Source of the DNA: Thermoanaerobaculia bacterium
GTDB taxonomy: Bacteria; Acidobacteriota; Thermoanaerobaculia; UBA5066; Gp7-AA6
Assembly (NCBI GenBank): GCA_035263845.1
Contig: DATFQY010000222.1
Coordinates: forward strand, 3,304 to 67,303
Length of the DNA stretch: 64,000 nucleotides
Direction of reading: 5' to 3'
The position numbers and the translations under genes are program-made. The notes below the pieces were generated by a model. The model was given only the letters and a program-made list of their open reading frames with translations, was not told the DNA's origin and made no database searches. This document shows positions 54,259-62,529 of this stretch, in pieces (the stretch's first letter is position 1; each line of letters begins with the position of its first letter).

Positions 54259-54277
54259 AAGTTTCAGGTTCGGGAGC

Positions 54278-54355
54278 TGGTGGAGCTGACCGGGATCGAA
54301 CCGGCGACCTCCTGAGTGCGATTCAGGCGCTCTCCCAAAACTGAGCTACAGCCCC
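54278..54355 (-). tRNA. tRNA-Ala (anticodon CGC)
   Basis: The reverse complement folds as a cloverleaf: GGGGCUG-UA-GCUC-AGUUUUGGGA-GAGC-G-CCUGA-AUCGCAC-UCAGG-AGGUC-GCCGG-UUCGAUC-CCGGU-CAGCUCC-A-CCA. It has the G3:U70 identity pair of tRNA-Ala and an encoded CCA. It is very similar to E. coli tRNA-Ala. Confidence 0.9.
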
Positions 54356-54381
54356 AGCGAAGACGCGGAGGATACCATGCG

Positions 54382-55638
54382 TCAGCGCCGTTTCAGGAAG
54401 TCGGAGAGGGGCATTCCCAGCAGGGCCCGCCGCTCGCCCTGGAGGCGCGCGAATAGGGGCTCGAGGATCTCGACCACCTGGTCTTCCTCGTCGGGAGTGA
54501 TCGAGAAGAGGTCGGGGGAGAGCGCGTCCACCACCTGCGCGACCGTGATCCGGCGGGCCGGCCGCGTCAGGGCAAACCCCTTGGCCGGGTCCCCGGTGAT
54601 GAGGCCCGCCTTCTCGAGCTTTCCCAGGATTTTCTCGGCCTCGAGGGAGTTCTCCTCCTGCTGCGTGTAGAGCTCGCGCAGGTCGTGGGTCCCGCCCCGC
54701 GCGAGCTGCAGGAGCATTCGGATCGCGTTCTCTGCAGCGCCCGCGCGCGGACCGCCGATCCGGCGGCGGCCGACCGCGTGGACCTGGAGGACATGGACGA
54801 GCTCCACGCCCATGAGGATCAGGACCCAGACGAAGTACACCGAGAGCAGCATCAGGAGGATCAGCGTCAGCGAGCCGGTGATCAGGTTGACCTTCGAGAG
54901 GGCCCGGACGTAGAGGCCGAAGAGAAACCGCAGCAGCTCCAGCAGCACCGCGACGCACGCTCCGCCGGCCGCCGCCCGCGTCCACTTTACGGGCGCGTTG
55001 GGCAGCATCTTGTAGAGCAGCGTGAGCGCGGCGAACTCGATCAGCATGGGGAAGAAGAAGTCCGTGGCCGGGGCCGAGAGGATCTCGTTGGCCATCGTGA
55101 AGCGCTTGACGAACCGGACGCCCAGCGCGATCGAGCCGATCAGGAGGGCCAGCGCCCCGAGGCTGGCCGTGTAGAGGAGCAGGCGCGGGACGAGCCGGCG
55201 GCGCCGGGGAGCTCCCCAGACCGTGTTGACGATGCCTTCGATGATGAACAGGAGCCGCAGCGACGCGACGAAGAGCAGGAGCAGGCCGATGCCGGTGATC
55301 GTGCTCGACTCGTGGATGAAGTCCCGCAGGCTCTCGGTGACCTGGGCGCTGTGGTACGGGAGAATCACGTTGACGAGGTCGAAGATCGTGGCCACGTTCT
55401 GCTTGAAGAACGTCGCCAGGAAGAGGGCAAAGGTCGCCAGCAGCGGGACCGCCGTCAGCAGCGTCGTGAACGCGAGCGAGGCGGCGAGGTCCTCGCCTCG
55501 GTCGGCGCGGAAGCCGTGGTAGGTCTCCAGCACCGCTGCGGAGATCGTCTGGAAGAGCGCGCGGGCCCCTCTCGGACGGTGCTCCGCGGTCCGCGAATCC
55601 GCTTGCTCGCGGCGCGCCGGAGAAGGAGACCTCTCCAC
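54382..55638 (-). CDS. YihY/BrkB-family inner-membrane protein
   Basis: It has 6 TM segments. The N-terminal motif LAASLAFTTLLTAVPLL is typical of the family. It has a GTG start. Confidence 0.8.
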   Translation of the reverse strand: MERSPSPARREQADSRTAEHRPRGARALFQTISAAVLETYHGFRADRGEDLAASLAFTTLLTAVPLLATFALFLATFFKQNVATIFDLVNVILPYHSAQVTESLRDFIHESSTITGIGLLLLFVASLRLLFIIEGIVNTVWGAPRRRRLVPRLLLYTASLGALALLIGSIALGVRFVKRFTMANEILSAPATDFFFPMLIEFAALTLLYKMLPNAPVKWTRAAAGGACVAVLLELLRFLFGLYVRALSKVNLITGSLTLILLMLLSVYFVWVLILMGVELVHVLQVHAVGRRRIGGPRAGAAENAIRMLLQLARGGTHDLRELYTQQEENSLEAEKILGKLEKAGLITGDPAKGFALTRPARRITVAQVVDALSPDLFSITPDEEDQVVEILEPLFARLQGERRALLGMPLSDFLKRR

Positions 55639-55682
55639 GAGGCAAGGGTATATGATCCGGCTTTCGAAACCGGAGGTGGCGG

Positions 55683-55973
55683 ATGGCCAAGGAAACGCCC
55701 TTCGATCGCGCCCGCGACTACGTCGAGGAGAAGATCGAGGAGACCAAGGAAGTCCTGGGGGATTCCTACACGAAGGCCCGGGATCAGTTCGACGACGTGA
55801 GCGGCGACGTCCGCAAGGGCATGAAGGCCGCGGCGAAGCGCCTGGAAAAAGACTACGGGGACGTCTGGGAAGACCTGCTGGACTACGTCAAGGGGAATCC
55901 GGGCACCGCGGTGGCCGTCTCCCTCGGCGTCGGCTTCCTCCTCGGCTTCTTCCTCCGTGGGGGCGACGACTAA
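55683..55973 (+). CDS. DUF883/ElaB-YqjD-like small membrane-anchored protein
   Basis: It has an ATG after GGAGGTGG. It has a charged helical N-terminus and a single C-terminal TM (AVAVSLGVGFLLGFFL). Confidence 0.7.
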   Translation: MAKETPFDRARDYVEEKIEETKEVLGDSYTKARDQFDDVSGDVRKGMKAAAKRLEKDYGDVWEDLLDYVKGNPGTAVAVSLGVGFLLGFFLRGGDD

Positions 55974-56311
55974 CCCCGACGGTCCGGGTCGCTTTCGTCA
56001 TCCAATCCCCCTTAGGGAGACCCCGCCTTCCCCGGCTTGACGTCTGTTGAGGCTGGCAAGAGTTCAGCTCCTCGTGTCGCGTCGCTGAAGCCCCGGCGGC
56101 GGTGGAGCCTCCCGCGGCGGCCATGAGCGAAGGAGCGCACCGCGGAGCTTCTGGAGCCACGCTGCGAATGCGACTGAGCGACGAGCGGCGGCCCGGAACT
56201 CCAGTTCGCGGCCGGGCCGACGCGTGCCGACGAGGGAGGCGCAACCGACGCCGGGGCGGATGTTACGAATGAATCTGGAATCGGGAAACGGCGGCGGGAC
56301 ATAATCCAAGC

Positions 56312-57436
56312 GTGAGTTACAAGAAGGCGGGCTATCCCGCGCTCTCGACGTTCGCGTCGAGTGCGGGTTGAGCCTGCAAGATCGGTCAGTTCGACCTCTC
56401 AGCGCTTCTCTCGAAGCTTCCGTCTCCGGCGGACCCGGCGCTGCTGGTGGGCAACGCCCAGGCCGACGACGCGGCCGTGTACCGCATCGGCGGCGGTAAG
56501 GTCCTCGTCCAGACGGTGGATTTCTTCACGCCGGTCGTGGACGATCCGTACCTCTTCGGCCAGATCGCGGCGGCCAACGCGCTCTCCGACGTCTACGCGA
56601 TGGGAGCGAAGCCGGTCCTCGCGCTGGCCCTCGCCGCGTTTCCGACGACGGTCCTGCCGCCCGAGGTCTTCGAGGAGATCCTTCGCGGCGGGGTCGAGAA
56701 GGTCGCCGAGGCGGGCGCGGTCGTCGGGGGAGGGCACTCCATCGACCACGACATCCCTCTCTACGGGCTCTCGGTGACCGGGCTGGCCGATGAGGCGCGG
56801 ATCACGCGCAACGCCGGGGCGCGTCCCGGCGACGCGCTGGTCTTGACCAAGCCGCTCGGGATCGGCGTGACCGTCTGCGCGGGGCGCGCCGACACGATCG
56901 CCGGAGAGGGAGCGGCCCGCTTCTTCCACAGAAACCTCCTGACCGACGGCGAGATGGAATCCGCCGTCCAGGCGATGACGATGCTCAACCGCGCCGCGGC
57001 CGAGGCGATGGAAGGCTTCGAAGTCCACGCCGCGACCGACGTGACCGGGTACGGCCTCCTCGGCCATGCCCACGAGATGATGGAAGCGTCCGCCGTGACG
57101 GGGGAGTTCGGCGTCGAAAAGATCCCGCTTCTGCCCGCGGCTCGGCGGCTCGCCGCGAAGGGGATCGCGCCGGACGGCTCGCGGGTCAACGTCCGCAGCA
57201 TGAAGCCGAGGGTCGAGGCGGGGCCAGGCGTGAGCGAAGAGGATTTCCTGCTTCTCTGCGACGCGCAGACTTCCGGGGGATTGCTGGTCGCGCTGCCGTC
57301 TTCCTCGGCGCAGAGTTACGCGGACCGGTGCCGCGAGCGCGGGGCCGCTTGCGCGGCGGTCGTCGGACGGGTCGTCGAGCGGGGGAACACGGCGCTTCGC
57401 GTGGTGAAAGGGGGGACTGGTGGCGAAAGAGGATGA
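56312..57436 (+). CDS. selD: Selenide, water dikinase (selenophosphate synthetase) with an in-frame UGA (56369-56371), predicted to encode selenocysteine
   Basis: The ORF track begins at 56447. Reading upstream in the same frame gives VSYKKAGYPALSTFASSAG-[TGA]-ACKIGQFDLSALLSKLPSPADPALLVGNAQADDAAVY. This aligns with the SelD N-terminus (…HGAG-C-GCKISPKVLETIL…DPNLLVGNETRDDAAVY), and the TGA falls exactly at the catalytic Cys/Sec position. The rest of the protein is clearly SelD (FTPVVDDPYLFGQIAAANALSDVYAMGAKP...). A GTG start at 56312 is proposed. Confidence 0.7.
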
Positions 57437-57707
57437 CGAGGCGGAGTGGGTCGAGGTCGCGTCCACCGGCCAGGATGAAGAGGCTTCCCTGATCGCCGGC
57501 CTCCTCGAGTCCGAGGAGATCCCCGTCGAGATCGAGGGCCCCACGGGCGGGTCGCCGTGGCCCGAGAACCTCGGGGCGTTCGGCGTCAGCCGCGTGCTCG
57601 TTCCGCCGGAGCGGGCGGCCGACGCGCGCGCGGTGCTCGAACGGCGCGAGCGGGAGTTCCAGAGCGAGGCGCCGGAGGTTTCCCCCGAGGACGACGCCGC
57701 GGAATGA
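57420..57707 (+). CDS. Small acidic protein, DUF2007-like (putative signal-transducing protein)
   Basis: The 95 aa protein is Glu/Asp-rich. Its start overlaps the end of selD and its stop overlaps the kinase ATG (ATGA). Confidence 0.55.
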   Translation: MAKEDDEAEWVEVASTGQDEEASLIAGLLESEEIPVEIEGPTGGSPWPENLGAFGVSRVLVPPERAADARAVLERREREFQSEAPEVSPEDDAAE

Positions 57708-59614
57708 CCCTGTCGCTGGGCTCAAAGCTCGGGCGATTCGAGATCACCGGAGTCCTGGGCGAAGGCGCGATGGGGACGGTGTACCTCGCGCACGATCCCC
57801 AGATCGAGCGGCCCGTGGCAGTCAAGACGCTGCGGATCGAGGCCGGGCGCGAGAGGGCCGAGGAGCTGGCCAGCCGGTTCCTGAAGGAGGCGAAGCTCGC
57901 CGGCCGCCTCCAGCATCCCAACGTCGTCACGATCTACGAGGCCGGGCGGGACCAGGGCGTGGACTTCATCGCGATGGAGTACGTAGACGGCGAGCCGCTC
58001 AACCGCCTGCTCTCGGACCAGGACTTCTCCCTCTCCGAGAGGATCGAGGTGGTCCGTCAGGCGGCGTTCGCCCTCGAGCACGCGCACGAGAGGGGGGTGC
58101 TCCACCGCGACATCAAGCCCGGGAACATCCTGATCACGCGCGAGGGGCGCGTGAAGGTGGCCGACTTCGGCATCGGCAAGCTGCTGGAGGGGACCGGCGA
58201 CCTGACCCGGACCGGGCAGATGCTCGGAAGCCCCGCCTACATGTCGCCGGAGCAGATCCGCGGCGAGAAGCTCGACGGGAGGAGCGACTTCTTCTCGCTC
58301 GCCGTCGTCTTCTACGAGCTGCTGACCGGGTCGCGCCCGTTCCCCGGAGACACGATCACGACTCTCGTCTACCAGATCCTCCACACGGAGCCCCGCGATC
58401 CGCTGCGGCTGCGGGCGGACCTTCCACGCTCCACCCGAGACGTCTTCGCGCGCCTTCTCGCGAAAGCGCCCGAGAAGCGTCCGGCCGGGGCGAAGGAATT
58501 CCTCCGCGAGGTCGGCGCCATCGAGAAGGAAGTCGAGAGCCTCCACCTCCAGACCCGGCCCCTCGCCGTGACACCTGGCGCCGCCGCCGTGGCCCGCGCC
58601 GCCGCCGCGGAGCCGCCGGAGGAACGGGTCGGGACGCAGACCTCCGAACCCGCGCCAGCGCCCCGCGCCTCGGGTTTGACGTACCTTCTCGCGATCGCCG
58701 CGGTCCTCCTGGTCGGCGCCATCGGCTTCGCGCTCTGGCGGAGGTCGAGGCCGGTCGCGGAGGCCGCCCCCGCCCCGACTGCGGCCGCCGTTGTGCCCGC
58801 GCCTCCCACGGCGGCGCCCGCCGTCCCGACCGAGGCGGCCGCCGCCGCGCCCGCGGCGACTCCGGATTCGGTGGCGACCGCGGCCGCGCTGCCGACCCGA
58901 GGACCCCGCGAGGCCGCGGACGCGAGCGTCGGGGTCCCGCGGTCGGGCGGCGGCGCGGAGCCGGCGCCCCGAGGCCGCCGGCCGACGGTTCCTCCGCAAG
59001 TTGCCCGAAACGAGCCTGCGCCGGCTCCTCCCGAATCGGCGCCCGCGGCGATTCCGTCGGGGTCCTTGCCGGATCGAAGCGTGCAGACCCGGCGCTACGC
59101 CAAGTTCAGCGTCAGCCCCGACCAGGCGCGCATCTACGTGGACGGGCGCTACGTCGGGATCGCCGACGACTGGGACGACCACGGCGGCGGAAAGACGCTG
59201 GAGTTCTCGCGCGAGGGACCGCACCGCGTGCGGCTCGAGCTGCCCGGCTACCGGACGCTGAACCTGGAGATCGTTTCGACGCCTTCCGCTAAGGACGAGA
59301 CGGTGGACATCGGGGACGACCTCCAGCGCGAATCCAAGGTCGAGTACCCGAAGATCCCGAAGCTGGACGACCGGACCGTCGGGCCGGTCGAGTTCAACGT
59401 GACGCCTCCGGACGCCGAGCTGTCGGAGGGCGGCCGCGTCCTGGGCCCCGTCTCCTCCTTCGGTCCCGGCTCTCCTCTCCGGCTGACGGGCCCCGCCGTC
59501 CACGACTTCACGCTGACCGCGCCCGGCTACAAGCCGCGGCATCTGCGGATCCTCGTCGGTTCCAACGCCGGACGCGACGTGGCCAAGGTCAAGCTCGAAC
59601 TGAAGAAGGAATGA
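57704..59614 (+). CDS. Ser/Thr protein kinase (Hanks type) with a Pro/Ala-rich linker, a TM segment and two C-terminal PEGA domains
   Basis: The kinase has the motifs GEGAMGTVY, AVK, HRDIKPGNIL, DFG and SPE. The TM segment is LLAIAAVLLVGAIGFALW. The PEGA-like domains are ARIYVDGRYVGIADDWDD...PHRVRLELPGYRTLNLEI and a second copy. Confidence 0.85.
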   Translation: MTLSLGSKLGRFEITGVLGEGAMGTVYLAHDPQIERPVAVKTLRIEAGRERAEELASRFLKEAKLAGRLQHPNVVTIYEAGRDQGVDFIAMEYVDGEPLNRLLSDQDFSLSERIEVVRQAAFALEHAHERGVLHRDIKPGNILITREGRVKVADFGIGKLLEGTGDLTRTGQMLGSPAYMSPEQIRGEKLDGRSDFFSLAVVFYELLTGSRPFPGDTITTLVYQILHTEPRDPLRLRADLPRSTRDVFARLLAKAPEKRPAGAKEFLREVGAIEKEVESLHLQTRPLAVTPGAAAVARAAAAEPPEERVGTQTSEPAPAPRASGLTYLLAIAAVLLVGAIGFALWRRSRPVAEAAPAPTAAAVVPAPPTAAPAVPTEAAAAAPAATPDSVATAAALPTRGPREAADASVGVPRSGGGAEPAPRGRRPTVPPQVARNEPAPAPPESAPAAIPSGSLPDRSVQTRRYAKFSVSPDQARIYVDGRYVGIADDWDDHGGGKTLEFSREGPHRVRLELPGYRTLNLEIVSTPSAKDETVDIGDDLQRESKVEYPKIPKLDDRTVGPVEFNVTPPDAELSEGGRVLGPVSSFGPGSPLRLTGPAVHDFTLTAPGYKPRHLRILVGSNAGRDVAKVKLELKKE

Positions 59615-59675
59615 TCGGTCGGGGACCGGACGCGTCATTCGCCGCCGACTCTCCTTGTGCTAATTTCCCCTCCTC

Positions 59676-60794
59676 ATGTCCTCATCCGCGGAGGCCGTGT
59701 CGCTCAAAAGGACCCCGCTCTATTCGCTGCACCGCGAGCTTGGAGCGAAGCTGATCGACTTCGGCGGCTGGGAGATGCCGGTCCAGTACCAGGGGATCCT
59801 CGAAGAGCACCGCGCGGTCCGAGAGCGCGCCGGCATCTTCGACGTCTCGCACATGGGAGAGCTGGAGCTCACCGGGCCTTCCTCGCTCGACTCCCTCCAG
59901 AAGCTCACGCCCAACGATGTCGGCAAGCTCTCCGACGGGCGCTGCCATTACTCGGCGTTCCTCACGGAGCGGGGGACCTTCGTGGACGACCTGCTCGTCT
60001 ACCGCCGGTCCGCCGACTCGTACCTCCTCGTCGTCAACGCGTCCAACACGCCCAAGGACTTCGCCTGGGCGAAGGAGCACGCCGGCGGGGCGAAGGTCGA
60101 GAACCGCAGCGACGACTACGCGCTCCTCGCCGTCCAGGGGCCGAAGGCGGCGGAGATCACGGCGAGGGTCTGCGCGTCAGACCCCTCCGACCTTCCGTAC
60201 TATGGCTTCCGCGAGATCGCCGTCCTCGGGACCCCAGCGATCGTCTCGCGCACCGGCTACACGGGAGAGGACGGCTTCGAGCTGTACCTGTCGCCGGACA
60301 GCGCCGAGAAAGTCTTTCGCGCGCTCCTCGAGGCCGGCAAGCCCGAGGGGATCCAGCCGTGCGGCCTCGGCGCCCGCGACACACTGCGGCTCGAGGCGAA
60401 GATGGCCCTCTACGGAAACGACATCGACGACACGATCACGCCGTGGGAGGCGGACCTGGGGTGGATCGTCAAGATGAAGAAGGGAGACTTCGTCGGCCGC
60501 GACGCGCTCGAGAAGCAGAAAGCGCAGGGCGTGCCGCGCCGGCTCGTCGGGTTCGAGATGAGCGACCGCGGAATCGCCCGGCACGGCTACGCCGCGCAGA
60601 CCGAGGCGGGCGCCGGCCTCGTGACTTCGGGCACGCACTCGCCCACGCTCGGCAAGCCGATCGGCCTCGCCCTGCTGCCGGCGGCGGCCGCGGCGGTCGG
60701 TTCGGAGTTCTCCGTGGACATCCGCGGGCGCCAGGCGCGCGCCCGGGTCGTCGAGACGCCGTTCTACAAGCGCAAGAAGGAGGTATCGGCTTGA
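59676..60794 (+). CDS. gcvT: Glycine cleavage system T protein (aminomethyltransferase)
   Basis: It has N-terminal TPLYSLHRELGAKLIDFGGWEMPVQY and GcvT family motifs throughout. Confidence 0.9.
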   Translation: MSSSAEAVSLKRTPLYSLHRELGAKLIDFGGWEMPVQYQGILEEHRAVRERAGIFDVSHMGELELTGPSSLDSLQKLTPNDVGKLSDGRCHYSAFLTERGTFVDDLLVYRRSADSYLLVVNASNTPKDFAWAKEHAGGAKVENRSDDYALLAVQGPKAAEITARVCASDPSDLPYYGFREIAVLGTPAIVSRTGYTGEDGFELYLSPDSAEKVFRALLEAGKPEGIQPCGLGARDTLRLEAKMALYGNDIDDTITPWEADLGWIVKMKKGDFVGRDALEKQKAQGVPRRLVGFEMSDRGIARHGYAAQTEAGAGLVTSGTHSPTLGKPIGLALLPAAAAAVGSEFSVDIRGRQARARVVETPFYKRKKEVSA

Positions 60795-61183
60795 ATCCCG
60801 AAGACCTGCATTACGCCGCCAGCCACGAGTGGGTCCGGGTGGACGGGGAGATCGGAACGATCGGAATCTCCGACCACGCCCAGAAGGAGCTGGGCGAGAT
60901 CGTCTACCTGGAGCTGCCCGAGGTGGGCCACGCCTACAACGCCGACGAGGAGTTCGGCACCGTCGAGTCGGTCAAGGCGGTCTCGGAGCTCTTCACGCCT
61001 GTCTCCGGCGAGGTCGTCGAGATCAACAAAGCGGCGGTCGCCGAGCCCGGCATCGTCAACGACGACCCGTACGGCGACGGCTGGCTGATCAAGGTCAAGC
61101 TCTCGACCGACGAGGAGCTCAAGAAGCTCATGACGGCCGAGAGGTACGCCGAATACCTGAAGGAAGAAGAGAAAGAGAAGTGA
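60791..61183 (+). CDS. gcvH: Glycine cleavage system H protein (lipoyl carrier)
   Basis: It has a TTG start 7 nt after AAGGAGG and overlaps the gcvT stop. It has the lipoyl-Lys motif ESVKAVSEL and HEWV. Confidence 0.85.
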   Translation: MNPEDLHYAASHEWVRVDGEIGTIGISDHAQKELGEIVYLELPEVGHAYNADEEFGTVESVKAVSELFTPVSGEVVEINKAAVAEPGIVNDDPYGDGWLIKVKLSTDEELKKLMTAERYAEYLKEEEKEK

Positions 61184-62529
61184 AGTTCCTCCCGGTCTCG
61201 GAAGCCGACCGCGCCGAGATGCTCCGGACGATCGGCGCCCCGTCCGTCGAGGCGCTCTTCTCCTCGATTCCGAAGGAAGTCCGCCAGGCGCCGGACCTGC
61301 CGGCTCCGCTCTCGGAGATCGAGATCCGCCGGCTGATGGGAGGGCTCTCCTCCCGCAACGCGACGGCGCGGGACAGCGCGTTCTTCCTGGGCGCGGGCCT
61401 CTACAACCACTACGTCTCGGCCATCGCCGACCAGATGCTCCTGCGGGCGGAGTGGCTGACCTCCTACACGCCCTACCAGCCCGAGGTCTCGCAGGGGACC
61501 CTGCAGTCCATTTTCGAGTTCCAGACCCACATCTGCCTGCTGACCTCCCTCGACGTCGCCAACGCCTCGCTCTACGAGGGCGCCTCGGCCCTTGTCGAGG
61601 CGCTGCTCATGGCCGAGCGGGCGGTGCGCGGCCGCCGCCGGGCGGTCCTGTCGCACGGGATCCACCCGGAGTACCGCGAGACCGTGCGCACCTACTTCGC
61701 CAACCTCGGGTTCGAGGTCGTCGAGGTCCCGGTCCACGCCGAAACCGGCCGGACCGACGCCGCCGCGCTCGAATCCGCCGTGGACGAGGCGACGTTCGCC
61801 GTTGCGGTCCAGTCGCCCAACTTCTACGGGGTCATCGAGGACTGGAAGGCCGGCTCCGCGGCCGCGCGGGCCAGGGGCGCGCTGTCGGTGGCGGTCATCG
61901 CCGAGGCGGCGTCCCTGGCCCTCCTGTCGCCGCCCGGAGAGGGAGGCGCCGACATCGCGTGCGGGGAGGGGCAGTCGCTGGGCGTGCCGATGAACAACGG
62001 CGGGCCGCTCGTGGGCTTCCTCTCCTGCCGCTCGGAGCACCAGCGGCAGCTTCCCGGCCGACTCGTGGGCCAGACCCACGACGGGGAGGGACGGCGCGCC
62101 TTCTGCCTGACGCTCTCCACGCGCGAGCAGCACATCCGCCGGGAGAAGGCGACCTCCAACATCTGCACGAACCAGGGTCTGATGGCGCTCGCGGCGAACA
62201 TCCACATGTCGCTGCTGGGCAAGAAGGGACTGCGCGAAGTCGCGGCGCAGTCGCACGCGAAGTCGGAGTACCTGAAGGCCGGGATCTCGAAGGTGTCCGG
62301 CTACCGGATCCCGTATTCCGGGCCGACCTTCAACGAGTTCACCGTCGAGGGGCCGGGCCCGGCCGGGCCGCTCCTCGCCGCGCTCGCGCAGCGCCGGATC
62401 CTCGCGGGCGTGCCTCTGTCGCGCTTCGGCGGAGAGAGCGATCCCAGGCGCTTCCTCGTCGCGGCCACCGAGATGAACACGAGAGACGAGATGGACCGGC
62501 TGATCGCCGCGCTCAGGGAACCCCGATGA
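61180..62529 (+). CDS. gcvPA: Glycine dehydrogenase (decarboxylating) subunit 1
   Basis: Its GTG start overlaps the gcvH stop. It begins VKFLPVSEADRAEML... and has GcvPA motifs. Confidence 0.9.
   Translation: MKFLPVSEADRAEMLRTIGAPSVEALFSSIPKEVRQAPDLPAPLSEIEIRRLMGGLSSRNATARDSAFFLGAGLYNHYVSAIADQMLLRAEWLTSYTPYQPEVSQGTLQSIFEFQTHICLLTSLDVANASLYEGASALVEALLMAERAVRGRRRAVLSHGIHPEYRETVRTYFANLGFEVVEVPVHAETGRTDAAALESAVDEATFAVAVQSPNFYGVIEDWKAGSAAARARGALSVAVIAEAASLALLSPPGEGGADIACGEGQSLGVPMNNGGPLVGFLSCRSEHQRQLPGRLVGQTHDGEGRRAFCLTLSTREQHIRREKATSNICTNQGLMALAANIHMSLLGKKGLREVAAQSHAKSEYLKAGISKVSGYRIPYSGPTFNEFTVEGPGPAGPLLAALAQRRILAGVPLSRFGGESDPRRFLVAATEMNTRDEMDRLIAALREPR

Noticed and set aside
54259-55700. tRNA-Ala adjacent to the YihY-family gene as a possible genomic-island integration site
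   Set aside because: There is no integrase, direct repeat of the tRNA 3' end, or GC-content shift within the window on either side.
56107-56280. 57-codon Arg-rich ORF (MSEGAHRGASGATLRMRLSDERRPG...) upstream of selD
   Set aside because: It has no Shine-Dalgarno sequence and extreme Arg/Gly composition. It lies in the region that must carry the selD promoter and is probably non-coding.
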